DNA of 64,000 bases from Verrucomicrobiota bacterium. GTDB lineage: Bacteria; Verrucomicrobiota; Verrucomicrobiia; Limisphaerales; UBA11358. The translations under genes and the position numbers were made by a program. The notes under the pieces were generated by a model. That model worked only from the letters and a program-made list of their open reading frames with translations, was not told where the DNA came from and made no database searches. The stretch covers positions 21,922 to 85,921 of the forward strand of contig JAGWNY010000005.1 in NCBI GenBank assembly GCA_028872915.1. The letters run 5' to 3'. This document shows, piece after piece, positions 1 to 11,453 of this stretch. The stretch's first letter is position 1; the number at the start of each line of letters is the position of its first letter.

Positions 1-21
1 TTCTGTAGCTCGCGATGGCAT
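1..21 (-). CDS. rpoB: RNA polymerase beta subunit, N-terminal 7 codons only (runs off the left edge)
   Basis: ATG at 21 gives MPSRATE..., resembling verrucomicrobial RpoB starts (MPxRxTERINFG); canonical position after rplL. Only 7 codons are visible. Confidence 0.65.
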
Positions 22-214
22 GGTGACCTTTTTATTTGCGCGCCGCCCCGCCAGATGGCGAAGCAGCGCAGTTCAAACGACAAAAAACCGCCGTCCCGCG
101 TTCAGGGGAAAACAATTTTCCCCTCCCGCGGCGGCCTTATTATATGACGATTTCCGCAAAAATTTTTTCATTCAGGCGGCGGCGTCCGCCGCCGCCGCCA
201 TGGAATCCATCAAT

Positions 215-610
215 TTACTTGACTTCGACCTTTGCGCCAGCTTCTTCCAGCTTCTTTTTCGCATTGTCCGCATCGGCCTTGTTGGCGCCTTCCAGCACCG
301 GCTTGGGCGCGCCTTCAACCAGCGCCTTGGCTTCCGCCAGGCCCAGTCCTGCCTTCACTTCCCGCACCGCCTTGATCACGGGAATCTTCTTGTCCGCTGG
401 CAAGGACGCCAGGATCACGTCAAACGTGTCCTTCACCGCCGCGGCGGGTGCGGCTTCTGCTCCGGCTGGCGCCCCGGCCGCCGCCACTCCCACGGCCACC
501 GGCGCTGCGGCGGTCACCCCCCACCTTTCCTCGAGTTTTTTTACCAGATCGGCGGCTTCAATGACCGTCAATTTGCTCAATTCCTCAACCAGGTTTGCTA
601 TCTCTGCCAT
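215..610 (-). CDS. rplL: 50S ribosomal protein L7/L12
   Basis: [32 protein letters not shown]...[29 protein letters not shown]; start trimmed to ATG 610. Confidence 0.98.
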   Translation of the reverse strand: MAEIANLVEELSKLTVIEAADLVKKLEERWGVTAAAPVAVGVAAAGAPAGAEAAPAAAVKDTFDVILASLPADKKIPVIKAVREVKAGLGLAEAKALVEGAPKPVLEGANKADADNAKKKLEEAGAKVEVK

Positions 611-798
611 GTTCTTAACACTGCCTTTCTTTCGTTTCGTCGTTCGCCGCAGCCTGCCGCCGCTTCCGCGCCGGTTGTCACGCCGCAGTTCAATCAAGCC
701 CGTTTCCGGGCCGGCGATTTACGTTGTTGTTTCGTTGTTTTTCCGGCATTCGCCGAAACCTTTGCGGGGAGCCGCGCTCCGCCGCCCAAATCATGTTT

Positions 799-1308
799 TC
801 AGCCCTTTTCCACCCTGGCCTGGATCACCCGCGCCAGTTGCCTGGCCGGCGTCTGAATCACCGTCGCCACCTTTGTTGCCGGCGCATTCAGCAGGCCAAG
901 AATCTTCGCGCGCAACACGTCCAGGCCGGGCAAATCCGCCAGGGCCACGATGGCCGCCTCTTCCAGCCGCTGATTGTTCAAGTAACCGAACTTCACCTTC
1001 AGTTTCTCGAACTCCGCCGTGAAATTCTTGAGCGCCTTTGCCGCCGCCGAAACGTCCTTCCGCCCCGTCACCACCGCCAGTTGGCCCGCCAGTGTCCCGT
1101 TCAAATCCGCCACGCCCGCTTCCTGCGCCGCAATCCGGAACACCGAATTTTTCACGACGTGGACCTCCGCCCCCGCCCCGGCCAGCCGCTTGCGCAACTC
1201 AGCCATGTGCCCCACGTTCAATCCCTGATATCCCACCACGATGAAAAATGGCGAGGCGTTCAGCCGCGCCGCGTATTCCTTCGTCAAAGTTTGTTTTTCC
1301 GCACGCAT
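799..1308 (-). CDS. rplJ: 50S ribosomal protein L10
   Basis: YQGLNV..LRKRL..VVKNSVFRIA motifs; lies between rplA and rplL. Confidence 0.97.
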   Translation of the reverse strand: MRAEKQTLTKEYAARLNASPFFIVVGYQGLNVGHMAELRKRLAGAGAEVHVVKNSVFRIAAQEAGVADLNGTLAGQLAVVTGRKDVSAAAKALKNFTAEFEKLKVKFGYLNNQRLEEAAIVALADLPGLDVLRAKILGLLNAPATKVATVIQTPARQLARVIQARVEKG

Positions 1309-1343
1309 AATTCCTGCTCCATTAAATCGTTGTCATGCCCGGC

Positions 1344-2051
1344 TCAAGCCGCCGCCAGAAATTCCCTGACATCCAGCCGCACCGGCGGGCTCATCGTCGC
1401 CGACAACGTGCAGCTTTTCAAGTAAGTCCCTTTGACGCTCTGCGGCCGCGCCTTCGCGACCGCTTCGATCACCGCCCGGGCGTTCTCCTCAATCTGTTCG
1501 GGTTTGAACGACGCCTTCCCCACGATCACATGCACGTTTCCCGCCTTGTCGGTCTTGTATTCCACGCGGCCGGCCTTTACTTCCTTCACCGCCTTGGCGG
1601 TGTCATCCGTCACCGTGCCCGTTTTTGGGTTGGGCATCAGGCCGCGGGGTCCGAGCACCTTGCCCAGCTTGCGCACTTCGCTCATCGCCTCCGTCGTGGC
1701 AATCGCCACGTCAAATTCCGACCATCCTTCCTGGCACTTCTTGATCATGTCCTCGAAACCCACATGTTCGGCGCCCGCCGCCTTGGCCGCGTCCGCCGCG
1801 GCCCCGCTCTTGGCGAACACGAGCACCCGCACCGTCTTGCCGCTTCCGTGCGGCAGCGGCACCGTGCCGCGCACCATCTGGTCCGATTGCTTGGGGTCCA
1901 CCCCCAGCCGGAACGCCAGGTCAATCGTTTCGTTGAATTTCGCCTTCGGAAATTTCGCCAGCACCCCGACCGCTTCCTTCAGCGGATAGGCCTTCTTCAT
2001 GTCCACCGCTTCCAGCGCCTTCCGGAACCGTTTACTGTGTTTGCTTGCCAT
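1344..2051 (-). CDS. rplA: 50S ribosomal protein L1
   Basis: VRGTVPLPHGSGK and LGPRGLMPNPKTGTVT motifs. Confidence 0.98.
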   Translation of the reverse strand: MASKHSKRFRKALEAVDMKKAYPLKEAVGVLAKFPKAKFNETIDLAFRLGVDPKQSDQMVRGTVPLPHGSGKTVRVLVFAKSGAAADAAKAAGAEHVGFEDMIKKCQEGWSEFDVAIATTEAMSEVRKLGKVLGPRGLMPNPKTGTVTDDTAKAVKEVKAGRVEYKTDKAGNVHVIVGKASFKPEQIEENARAVIEAVAKARPQSVKGTYLKSCTLSATMSPPVRLDVREFLAAA

Positions 2052-2137
2052 TTTTTAGCGCGGTCCAAACGAATCAAGGATTCTCCCGCTGTTTCAGTTT
2101 GCTTGTTGTGAAAAATTCTTTTCCGCCGTTGATTTTC

Positions 2138-2563
2138 TCATCCAACCACTTCAATTCCCATGCTCCGCGCCGTTCCCGCAATCACGCGGAACGCGGCCTC
2201 CTCGTTCACCGCGTTCAAGTCCTTCGACTTCATCTTCACGATGTCCAGCACCTGTTTGCGGGTGACCTTGCCGACTTTTTCCTTGTTCGGCGCCTTCGAT
2301 CCGGCCGTGATTCCCGCCGCCTTTTTGAGCAGCACGGACGCCGGCGGCGACTTGGTGATGAACGTGAACGATTTGTCCTGGTAAACCGTAATGACCACCG
2401 GAATCACCAGTCCTGCGTCATTTTTCGTTGCCGCGTTGAACTCCTTGCAAAAGCCCATGATGTTCACGCCGTGCTGGCCCAAGGCCGGCCCGACCGGCGG
2501 CGCCGGGTTCGCCTGGCCCGCCGGAATCTGCAACTTGATCTGTCCTGTAACTTTCTTTGCCAT
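2138..2563 (-). CDS. rplK: 50S ribosomal protein L11
   Basis: [35 protein letters not shown]; start trimmed to ATG 2563. Confidence 0.98.
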   Translation of the reverse strand: MAKKVTGQIKLQIPAGQANPAPPVGPALGQHGVNIMGFCKEFNAATKNDAGLVIPVVITVYQDKSFTFITKSPPASVLLKKAAGITAGSKAPNKEKVGKVTRKQVLDIVKMKSKDLNAVNEEAAFRVIAGTARSMGIEVVG

Positions 2564-2607
2564 ACGCTTCGCTGCTCGGGCATCGCCTGCCGGAGGCAGT
2601 CCAAATT

Positions 2608-3153
2608 TTATCCTTTCTCCACCTGCCAATACTCCAGTTCCACCGGCGTATTGCGGCCGAAAATGTTCACCGTCACCTTCAATTTGCCCCGTTCGGGGTC
2701 AATCTCCTCGATGACGCCGCTGAAATTCAGAAACGGTCCGTTATTGATCTTGACCGTCTCGCCCGCTTCAAAATTCACCTTGGGCTTCTCCGTTTCCTCC
2801 GAAGCCGAAATCTGTGCCTTGATCGCCTCCACCTCCTCGGTCGGCGTCGGCTGCGGCGGATCGCTCAAAAATCCAATCACCCCCTGCGTTTCCTTGATGA
2901 AATACCACGATTTCTCAATCAAACGCCGTTCCTCATCCAGCAATGCCATGTCCACAAACACGTATCCCGGCCACAATTTCCGGCTGGTCACCGTTTTCTT
3001 CTGGTTGCGCACTTCCACCACCTTCTCCATCGGCACCAGCACTTCCTTCACAAAATCCTGCATCTCCTCGGTCTTGACCCGTTTTTCAATGCTCTCCTTG
3101 ACCTTTTGCTCCTGGCCGGAGAGCGTCTGTACGATGAACCATTGGTTGCGCAT
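2608..3153 (-). CDS. nusG: Transcription termination/antitermination factor NusG
   Basis: [21 protein letters not shown] and the KOW motif [18 protein letters not shown]; start ATG 3153. Confidence 0.97.
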   Translation of the reverse strand: MRNQWFIVQTLSGQEQKVKESIEKRVKTEEMQDFVKEVLVPMEKVVEVRNQKKTVTSRKLWPGYVFVDMALLDEERRLIEKSWYFIKETQGVIGFLSDPPQPTPTEEVEAIKAQISASEETEKPKVNFEAGETVKINNGPFLNFSGVIEEIDPERGKLKVTVNIFGRNTPVELEYWQVEKG

Positions 3154-3161
3154 GGACCCAA

Positions 3162-3416
3162 TTAAAAAATCACCCGTTGAAATACCACCGTAAACACCAG
3201 GTCCGCCGCGTACGTCAACAGCCCCAGCAACGCGATTGTAATCACAATCACGGTCGTCGAGCCTTTCAATTCCGTCCACGTCGGCCACGCGCATTTCTTC
3301 AGTTCCTCGCGTGTTTCCTGGACATAAATCGCCAGCCTGCGGACCTGTCCCTGCCACCATAAAATGCCAAAGACAACCGCAGCCGCCACGATCAATACGA
3401 TGGTTGTGCTGCTCAC
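3162..3416 (-). CDS. secE: Preprotein translocase subunit SecE
   Basis: ETREELKKCAWPTWTEL motif followed by a TM helix; upstream of nusG; GTG start at 3416 inferred. Confidence 0.92.
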   Translation of the reverse strand: MSSTTIVLIVAAAVVFGILWWQGQVRRLAIYVQETREELKKCAWPTWTELKGSTTVIVITIALLGLLTYAADLVFTVVFQRVIF

Positions 3417-3484
3417 AAAATTTTTTTCCGCGGCTCTTTCCGGGGCCGCGCCCGTCCCGTCCGGCTTTCGCTCCGCGCTCAATC

Positions 3485-3574
3485 TGGCGGAGAGGGAGGG
3501 ATTCGAACCCCCGTTGGGCTTTCACCCAAAGCGGTTTTCAAGACCGCCGCGATAGACCACTCTGCCACCTCTCC
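3485..3574 (-). tRNA. tRNA-Ser(TGA)
   Basis: GGAGAGGTGGCAGAGTGGTC...CT-TGA-AA..., long variable arm, GTTCGAATCC, encoded CCA end. Confidence 0.95.
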
Positions 3575-3687
3575 GCGCTCCGGGAGCCGGCGGTCGGCAA
3601 AGGCCCTCTCACCCGCCGCCGATGGCCTTCTCTCAAATCTCACTCATCCCTCAATCACCCAACCCCGCAATTTCCAGCCTTCCAAAA

Positions 3688-3763
3688 TGGCACGGCAGGA
3701 GGGACTTGAACCCCCAACCAACGGTTTTGGAGACCGCTACTCTACCAATTGAGCTACTGCCGT
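3688..3763 (-). tRNA. tRNA-Trp(CCA)
   Basis: 76-nt cloverleaf, anticodon loop CT-CCA-AA, CCA end. Confidence 0.96.
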
Positions 3764-3831
3764 ATCGGCCCAATATTTCGACAAAAAACAGACGGAGAAT
3801 CTCAATCTCCGGCTCCCAAATTCCAAACCGC

Positions 3832-5022
<1,191 letters not shown>

Positions 5023-5060
5023 AATGTGATTCCTGTCTTGTTTTTTATTTCAGCCAAGTC

Positions 5061-5136
5061 TGGAGCCCATGATCAGGATTGAACTGATGACCTCGTCCTT
5101 ACCAAGGACGTGCTCTGCCAACTGAGCTACATGGGC
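5061..5136 (-). tRNA. tRNA-Thr(GGT)
   Basis: GCCCATGTAGCTCAG...TT-GGT-AA...GTTCAATCC...CCA; canonical position before tuf. Confidence 0.96.
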
Positions 5137-5260
5137 GCATAAAATCATTCATCCAATCCGATGCTCAAAACGACAAAAAACCTATTCCCCTCGACCTTCC
5201 TTTCGAAAACTCAAGAGGCCACCGGCTAATTTGCGTTTTTACGGACTACCGACGCGGCAT

Positions 5261-5289
5261 AAACTACGGAAACGGCTCCAACCTGTCAA
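5261..5289 (-). promoter_or_regulatory. sigma70 promoter for the tRNA-Thr/tuf operon
   Basis: TTGACA-17 nt-TAGTTT on the minus strand. Confidence 0.6.
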
Positions 5290-5447
5290 CACCCATTTGC
5301 AAATCATTTTCGCCACGATTTGACTGAAAAAACCAAACGATTTAACCTGATTCCAATTCGGATTTCCCGCTCCATCTCCATTCCATCCACCCTGTTCATC
5401 CTGTCTTAAAAAATTCGCATTCATTCCCCTGCATTCGCGGCTTCCAG

Positions 5448-5494
5448 CTTTTGCGCCCGTTGCGTGAGGACATCTTTACCGATTCCGATTCACC
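5448..5494 (-). repeat. Partial copy of an intergenic REP/MITE-like repeat
   Basis: ttgcgcccgttgcgtgagg..ccgattccgattcac resembles 45991-46034. Confidence 0.45.
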
Positions 5495-5654
5495 TTCCCA
5501 TTCCGTTCATTCCGTCCAAATCCGAAATCTGATAATTTGACAGCCTGACAACTTGAAAAATTTCTGGACATTCTCCCAAAATTAAATAAAATTCCATTTG
5601 TAAAAATCAAAATCCGTTTCCGGAGCCAACGATCCATTAAACCCCATCCACGTT

Positions 5655-6074
5655 ATGAACCTATTCGGACTATTTGGAAGGTCGCCGGATCAGGAGGGCA
5701 GGGAAGCCCGGCGAAAAAGCGTTGAGGAAATCATTGAAGCCGCCAAAGCGCGCGGACAGACCGCGGACGAACTGCTGGAATCAGCCAAAACCCGGCAAAA
5801 GAAGGCCGGCGAGATGCTTGAGACCACCAGGGCGCGGCAGCAAGTTTCCGGTGATATTCTTGAAACCGCCAAGGCGCGGCAGCAGGTCTCCGGGGAGATT
5901 CTTGAAACCGCGAAAGCACGGCAGCAGGCGTCCGCCGAAATTCAGCAGAGAACGCGCCAGTTGCAGGAGATCGAAGGGCGGATTCTGGACCGATACGTCG
6001 CACTGCTCGACAAGTGGGAAGGGCAAACCCGGCGTTTTGACGCCCTTCTCACGAAATGGGACCGGATGAAATGA
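5655..6074 (+). CDS. Hypothetical coiled-coil protein with about five 14-aa tandem repeats
   Basis: Repeat unit ILETAKARQQVSGE; 42-bp DNA units visible at 5820-5942. Confidence 0.75.
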   Translation: MNLFGLFGRSPDQEGREARRKSVEEIIEAAKARGQTADELLESAKTRQKKAGEMLETTRARQQVSGDILETAKARQQVSGEILETAKARQQASAEIQQRTRQLQEIEGRILDRYVALLDKWEGQTRRFDALLTKWDRMK

Positions 6075-6077
6075 ACT

Positions 6078-6140
6078 GTGTTGGGAATCGGGGGAAAAGT
6101 CAGAAACTCCTCACGTCCGCTTCTACCAGGAAACGATGAC
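6078..6140 (+). repeat. Internally deleted copy of the REP/MITE-like repeat
   Basis: gtgttgggaatcgggggaaaa-gtcagaaactcctcacgtccgcttctac..gaaacgatgac matches both ends of 13870-13991. Confidence 0.55.
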
Positions 6141-6288
6141 GCCTGCAAAAGGCGCTGCTTGTCAGGCCCATGCTTTTGGGGCAGATTCCGCCCGTGAAAC
6201 GCGCTCCAAGTGCCTCGCGCGCCGTTATGCCGTGTGACCTCTTTTTTTCGAGGGGCAACACCGGCGGGGCCGCGGCCCTTTGATTTCC

Positions 6289-7617
6289 ATGTCCCCGCGG
6301 GAAGCTGCAACGCTGGTTCGAGACGCCATGCCGGCGGATGGCTTGTTCGCGGGGCAAAGGTGGCGCATCTCTCCGGCGCCGTTTCGCATGGAACGAAGTC
6401 TGGCGGAGGAACTGGAGCGGCTGGGGCGGATGCTGCTGCAATTTTATCGGGCGGGGAATCTGCTCTATCGCCAAAGCATCGCGGGCCGGCGGCCCGAATG
6501 GGTGGCGCGTTGGCTGGACCTGGGGAAACCGCGGGAATTGATCGAACTGCAACGGTCCGCCGTTTTCAAAAACGACACGCCTCGCGTCATTCGCCCGGAC
6601 ATTTTGCTCACGGAAGAGGGATTGAAAATCACGGAATTGGACTCCGTTCCCGGCGGGATTGGCCTGACGGCATGGCTGAATGAGGTTTACACGGCCCCGG
6701 GACTGAATGCCGGGGAAATCATTGGCGGCGCGGAGGGAATGTTGCGGGGATTCGCGAGCCTGTTTGGGACGGCCCGAAACATTCACATCATCGTTTCGGA
6801 TGAAGCGGCGACCTATCGCCCGGAGATGGCGTGGCTTTCAGAACGGCTTAACGGGACCGGAAAGCCCATCTTTAAAGTGCAGCCTCCGGGATTTGACGCT
6901 TTTTCCGGCGGCGATGCCGTATTCCGTTTTTTTGAACTGTTCGACCTTGCCAATGTGCCCTGCGCAAAAAAGCTGTTTGATGCCGCCTTGGAACGAACGG
7001 TTGCGGTGACGCCCCCGCCCAAGCCGGCGCTGGAGGAAAAAATGCTGCTGGCGCTGTTGTGGAACGGGAACTTGCGGGACTTTTGGCGGCAGGAACTGGG
7101 GGAATCGTTTTTCGAGCGGCTGAAAAGAATCGTGCCTTATACCTGGCTGCTGGACCCCGCGCCTCTCCCGCCCCACGGCGCCATCCCGGAACTCAACCTC
7201 ACGGATTGGCGGCAGTTGAAGGCATTGTCGCAGCGTGACCGGAATGTGATCCTGAAGATTTCGGGCTTTTCGGAAAAGGCGTGGGGCGCGCGCGGAGTTT
7301 TTCCTGGCAGCGACCTGCCGGCGGAAGAATGGGCGGCGGCGGTGGATCAGGCCATCGCGGGCTTTTCCGAGTCGCCCTTTATTTTACAGCGCTTCGAAAA
7401 ACCAAAAATCGTCGAGGGCCAGCAATGGTTTGATTTCCAGCAAGGCGCGGCTGTGGCAATGTCCGGGCGGGTGCGCCTGTGTCCGTATTATTTTGTGGCT
7501 GGTCCGTGGGACAGGGCGCGCCCGCAATTGGGGGGCGTGCTGGCGACCATTGTGCCGGCGGACAAAAAAATCGTGCATGGAATGCAGGATGCGATCCTGG
7601 CGCCATGCGCCGTATAA
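6289..7617 (+). CDS. Conserved hypothetical protein with an ATP-grasp-like (glutathionylspermidine synthase-like/circularly permuted) fold
   Basis: IRPD..ITELDSVPGG, ILKISGFSE..WGARGV, FILQRF and VRLCPYYF resemble CP-ATP-grasp motifs. Confidence 0.6.
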   Translation: MSPREAATLVRDAMPADGLFAGQRWRISPAPFRMERSLAEELERLGRMLLQFYRAGNLLYRQSIAGRRPEWVARWLDLGKPRELIELQRSAVFKNDTPRVIRPDILLTEEGLKITELDSVPGGIGLTAWLNEVYTAPGLNAGEIIGGAEGMLRGFASLFGTARNIHIIVSDEAATYRPEMAWLSERLNGTGKPIFKVQPPGFDAFSGGDAVFRFFELFDLANVPCAKKLFDAALERTVAVTPPPKPALEEKMLLALLWNGNLRDFWRQELGESFFERLKRIVPYTWLLDPAPLPPHGAIPELNLTDWRQLKALSQRDRNVILKISGFSEKAWGARGVFPGSDLPAEEWAAAVDQAIAGFSESPFILQRFEKPKIVEGQQWFDFQQGAAVAMSGRVRLCPYYFVAGPWDRARPQLGGVLATIVPADKKIVHGMQDAILAPCAV

Positions 7618-7636
7618 GCCGGAGCTTGACGACTCC

Positions 7637-8035
7637 TTATTTTGCGCCTTGATCAATCCAGGCGCGAATGAGGCCGATCTGTTCGGGCGTCAACGGTTGG
7701 GCGTTTTTTTTCTTGTTCGTGGGCATCCACAGGTCGTGATCGGTGGTCGTATGGGCGACGGAGCGGACCAGGAGGCTTTTCGCGCTGTTGCCGGGAATGA
7801 CAACCTTGCCGTCCTGCCCGCCCTTGAGGACGCCTTGGAGACTGTCCAGTTTCAATTTGCCGTGAGGTTTTTTGCCGCGGTGGCATTTGACGCAGGAATC
7901 GTCAAAAATGGGCTTGATGTCGGCGGTGTAAGTCACGTTGGGCCGGGGCGAGGGCGGCGGAAGGGGGTCGGCGGCGAGAGCGGCGAACGCCATGCCAGCC
8001 AATGCGCATGCGGCGAACAGATTGAATTTGATCAT
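7637..8035 (-). CDS. Secreted cytochrome c, planctomycete cytochrome C domain
   Basis: Signal peptide, CVKCH heme motif, VIPGNSAKSLL..MP..LIRAWIDQGA. Confidence 0.88.
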   Translation of the reverse strand: MIKFNLFAACALAGMAFAALAADPLPPPSPRPNVTYTADIKPIFDDSCVKCHRGKKPHGKLKLDSLQGVLKGGQDGKVVIPGNSAKSLLVRSVAHTTTDHDLWMPTNKKKNAQPLTPEQIGLIRAWIDQGAK

Positions 8036-8148
8036 GGTAGATTTCCGGGGTAAGACGCCTGAACGATCAAAAGGTTTCAAAGAAAGAGTCGAACCGCCTG
8101 AATACCAACGGGCTTGCCGATGAATGGGCATTAGGCCAAGCTGGAGCG

Positions 8149-9012
8149 GTGAACGGCGACGATTTTTCCGATGCCGCGCTGGTCATACTGGGGCACGGCA
8201 CCACGCAAAACGAAAATTCAGCCGCAGCGGCGTTGCAACACACGTCGGAATTGCGGCGGCGGGGAATTTTTCGGGCGGTCCATGAGGCGTTTTGGAAACA
8301 GGAGCCGCACATTCATACGGTCCTGGCCGGGATCGAGGCGCCGCGGGTTTTTGTTGCGCCGCTTTTCATCAGCGACGGATGGTTTGCAGGCCGGGAGATT
8401 CCGCGGGCATTGGGATTTTCGGAGAACCACGCTCCGATTCGCATGGGCAAGGCGACGGTTTTCTATTGCAAGAGCGTGGGGACGCACGAGAGCATGGCGC
8501 GGGTGCTGCTGTGCCGGGCGGAAAACGTGGTGAAGGAGCATCCGTTTCCCGCCCTGCCCAGGAAGGCGGAAACGACGTTGTTTATCGCGGGGCACGGGAC
8601 GGAAAAAAGCGACAGTTCGCGCCAGCCGGCCGAACGACAGGTGGAACTGATACGGTCGCAGGGAATTTATGACACCGTCCACGCCATTTTTCTGGAGGAG
8701 CGGCCGCGGATTGCCGAGTGTTATTCACTGGCGCGGACAAAGAACATGGTGATTGTTCCGTTTTTCATCAGCGACGGCCTCCACACACAACAGGATATTC
8801 CGGTGTTGCTGGGCGAAGCGCGGAAGATCGTGGGCGAAAGGCTGGCAAAGGGCATGTCCGGCTGGCGGAACCCGACGGAACGAAATGAGCGTCGGATTTG
8901 GTATTCGCCGGCGGCGGGTTCGGCGCCGGAACTGACTGATGTGATTTTGGAGCGGGTGCAGGAGGCGTGGCAGAACGGCCAATCCGCTTTTACGCAAGAT
9001 GGTCCTCCGTAA
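8149..9012 (+). CDS. CbiX/SirB family sirohydrochlorin chelatase-like protein
   Basis: Two repeated CbiX domains: GHGT..AFWKQEP..PLFISDG and GHGT..FLEERP..VPFFISDGLH. Confidence 0.82.
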   Translation: MNGDDFSDAALVILGHGTTQNENSAAAALQHTSELRRRGIFRAVHEAFWKQEPHIHTVLAGIEAPRVFVAPLFISDGWFAGREIPRALGFSENHAPIRMGKATVFYCKSVGTHESMARVLLCRAENVVKEHPFPALPRKAETTLFIAGHGTEKSDSSRQPAERQVELIRSQGIYDTVHAIFLEERPRIAECYSLARTKNMVIVPFFISDGLHTQQDIPVLLGEARKIVGERLAKGMSGWRNPTERNERRIWYSPAAGSAPELTDVILERVQEAWQNGQSAFTQDGPP

Positions 9013-10092
9013 ATGAACAAGCTACGGATCGGATTTTTAAGCACCGCCGCCATCGGAAGGAAAAATTGGAAGGCGGTCCTGAATTCGGGCAACAGCGTTG
9101 TGACCGCTGTGGCCAGCCGGGAGGTGGACCGCAGTCGCGACTTTATTTCCACATGCCAGCGCGAGGCGCCTTTTGAACAGGTTCCCGCGGCTTATGGCAG
9201 CTACGATGAATTGCTCGCGTCGCCCCGCGTTGACGCCGTTTATATTCCGTTGCCGACGGGGTTGCGGCGGGAAATTGTGGTGCGCGCCGCCGGGGCCGGC
9301 AAACACGTGCTGTGCGAAAAACCTTGCGCGGCGGACGTGGCCGGCCTGGAGGAGATGATTGGCGCGTGCCGCAAGAACGGCGTGCAATTCATGGATGGCG
9401 TCATGTTCATGCACAATGAACGGCTGCAACGCATTCGCCAGGCGCTGGCGGGGAATGCGTTGGGTGGCATCAAACGCATAGCGTCGCAGTTCAGTTTTTG
9501 CGGGTCGGCGGATTTCCTGGCGTCAAATATCCGGGTGAACAACGCGCTGGAGCCGCTGGGATGCCTGGGCGACCTGGGTTGGTATTGCGTCCGTTTCATT
9601 CTATGGGCATTGGACTGGGAAATGCCCTCGCGGGTGGATGCTGAAATGATTGCAAGCGCGGGGAGGGCGCCGACGGAATTCTCGGCGGAATTATTTTTCA
9701 AGGGCGGCGTGTCAGCGGCGTTTTACTGTTCGTTTCTGACGGCGAGCCAGCAATGGGTTTCCATAAGCTGCCACGGGGGCTGCCTTTATGTGCCGGACTT
9801 CGTGCTGCCATTTGCCGGAACCGAATCCAGCTTTGAAATCCGGGATGAACGACTGGTGATTGCGGGCTGTGATTTTGAAATGCAGCCAGGCGTAAAAAGA
9901 ATCATCGCGGGCGGCCACAGTCACAGCCATCCCACGGCCCAGGAATCGAATATGTTCCGCAATTTCGCCCGCCAGATTTTCACGGGCCGCGTCAATGAGG
10001 ACTGGCCGGAATGGTCTTTGAAGACGCAAAGGGTGGTGAACGGATGTTACGAGGTGGCGTTGGGGGCCGAAGCGCGGGCTTTTTCGCCATAG
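9013..10092 (+). CDS. Gfo/Idh/MocA family oxidoreductase
   Basis: VDAVYIPLPT, GKHVLCEKP, LGDLGWY. Confidence 0.92.
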   Translation: MNKLRIGFLSTAAIGRKNWKAVLNSGNSVVTAVASREVDRSRDFISTCQREAPFEQVPAAYGSYDELLASPRVDAVYIPLPTGLRREIVVRAAGAGKHVLCEKPCAADVAGLEEMIGACRKNGVQFMDGVMFMHNERLQRIRQALAGNALGGIKRIASQFSFCGSADFLASNIRVNNALEPLGCLGDLGWYCVRFILWALDWEMPSRVDAEMIASAGRAPTEFSAELFFKGGVSAAFYCSFLTASQQWVSISCHGGCLYVPDFVLPFAGTESSFEIRDERLVIAGCDFEMQPGVKRIIAGGHSHSHPTAQESNMFRNFARQIFTGRVNEDWPEWSLKTQRVVNGCYEVALGAEARAFSP

Positions 10093-10805
10093 TGAATGGC
10101 CATGGCGCCGCCCAGCAGGTTGATGTGGCGGACGTTGGCGAGATTCATGGCCCGCATTTTTTCGGCCACCACCGATTGTTCGGGGAAATGGCGGAGTGAT
10201 TCCAGAATATAGGCGTAAGCCTGGGGCTGGCGGCAGAATAACCAGCCCATGGCCGGCACGGAACATTTCAAGTGCAGGAAATAAAGACGGCGCCAGAGCG
10301 GGTTTGGAGGCTTGCCAAAATCGAGCGTCACGAGCCGCGCTCCCGGCCTGGCCACGCGGGCCATTTCCCGCAAACCGCGCTCCCAACCAGCCAGATTGCG
10401 GAGGCCGTAGCCAACGGTGACAATATCGAAGGACTCGTCAGGAAACGGAATGGCCTGGGCATCCCCCGCAATAAAATCCGGGGCGCGATCCATGCCGGGC
10501 AAAAGCTTGAACCGCCTGTTTCTGGCGCGGGCCACTTGGATCATTTTCGGGCTGAAATCCAGGCCAATCACCTCCGCGCCGCGTTGCGCCAGCGCAAAGG
10601 CAATGTCGCCGGTCCCGCAGCACAGGTCGAGAGCGCGCTTTCCGACCGCGGCGCCAGCGAGCGCGGCGACGCGGCGTTTCCAGAGGCGGTGCAGACCGAG
10701 GCTTTGAAGGTCATTGAGCAAATCGTAACGGGGTGCGATGGCGGCAAAGAGATCGGCCACCTTTTCGGCGCGGTGTTCGCCAGCCTGGTAAAAAACGTTG
10801 CTCAC
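10047..10805 (-). CDS. menG: UbiE/MenG demethylmenaquinone methyltransferase
   Basis: FAAIAPRYDLLNDLQSLGLHRLWK, LDLCCGTGD, GYGLRN, AYAYILES; start approximate. Confidence 0.88.
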   Translation of the reverse strand: MSNVFYQAGEHRAEKVADLFAAIAPRYDLLNDLQSLGLHRLWKRRVAALAGAAVGKRALDLCCGTGDIAFALAQRGAEVIGLDFSPKMIQVARARNRRFKLLPGMDRAPDFIAGDAQAIPFPDESFDIVTVGYGLRNLAGWERGLREMARVARPGARLVTLDFGKPPNPLWRRLYFLHLKCSVPAMGWLFCRQPQAYAYILESLRHFPEQSVVAEKMRAMNLANVRHINLLGGAMAIHYGEKARASAPNATS

Positions 10806-10916
10806 GCGGAAGCGTAGCGGCATGGGGCCGGACCCCGAAAGGATAAAAATCTTTGCGAAGTCAAAAAGGTTGTGATATTTTTTTTCGAACATTAGCACAG
10901 GCACACTCGAAGACTT

Positions 10917-11360
10917 ATGACCATGGAGAGGGCGCGTAATCGCAGGAAAATTCTTGTAATAGATGACAATGAGGTGGTTTTAAAAACCAGTTCCATGAAG
11001 CTGCAAAGCGCCGGCTATGAGGTGTTCACGGCGCTGGACGCGGCCGAGGGCGTGGCGGCGGTGCGGCGGGAACGGCCCGATCTGGTATTGCTGGACATTA
11101 CGTTTCCGGAGGAGACGGCCAACCAGGTGGTGGATGGATGGACCGGCGTCACGTGGGATGGTTTTCGGATCATGGACTGGCTGCATCACGTGGATGATGC
11201 GAAGCGCATTCCGATCATCATCATCAGTGGCACGCTTGGAGAACATATCAAGCAACGGGCGAGCGCCAGCGGCGCGGTGGCTTTTTTTCCCAAGCCGGTG
11301 AATTTTGATGAAATGCTCAAAGTAATCCGGAAGACATTGGGAGGCGGCGAGGATGCATGA
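10917..11360 (+). CDS. Single-domain response regulator receiver
   Basis: ILVIDD, PDLVLLD, FFPKP. Confidence 0.9.
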   Translation: MTMERARNRRKILVIDDNEVVLKTSSMKLQSAGYEVFTALDAAEGVAAVRRERPDLVLLDITFPEETANQVVDGWTGVTWDGFRIMDWLHHVDDAKRIPIIIISGTLGEHIKQRASASGAVAFFPKPVNFDEMLKVIRKTLGGGEDA

Positions 11361-11453
11361 TGCGGATAGGGGAGGAATGAGCGAATGATTGGCGCTTGTC
11401 ATTATTCGGATGGGGGCCTAAAATGCGTTTTCCCTCAAGCGGGATGATGTGAC

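Noticed and set aside
3154-3525. Long N-terminal extension of NusG (also the extensions of rplL, rplK, uvrB, rnhC and cysD)
   Set aside because: The extensions run through neighbouring genes, tRNAs or promoters; homology starts at the trimmed start codons.
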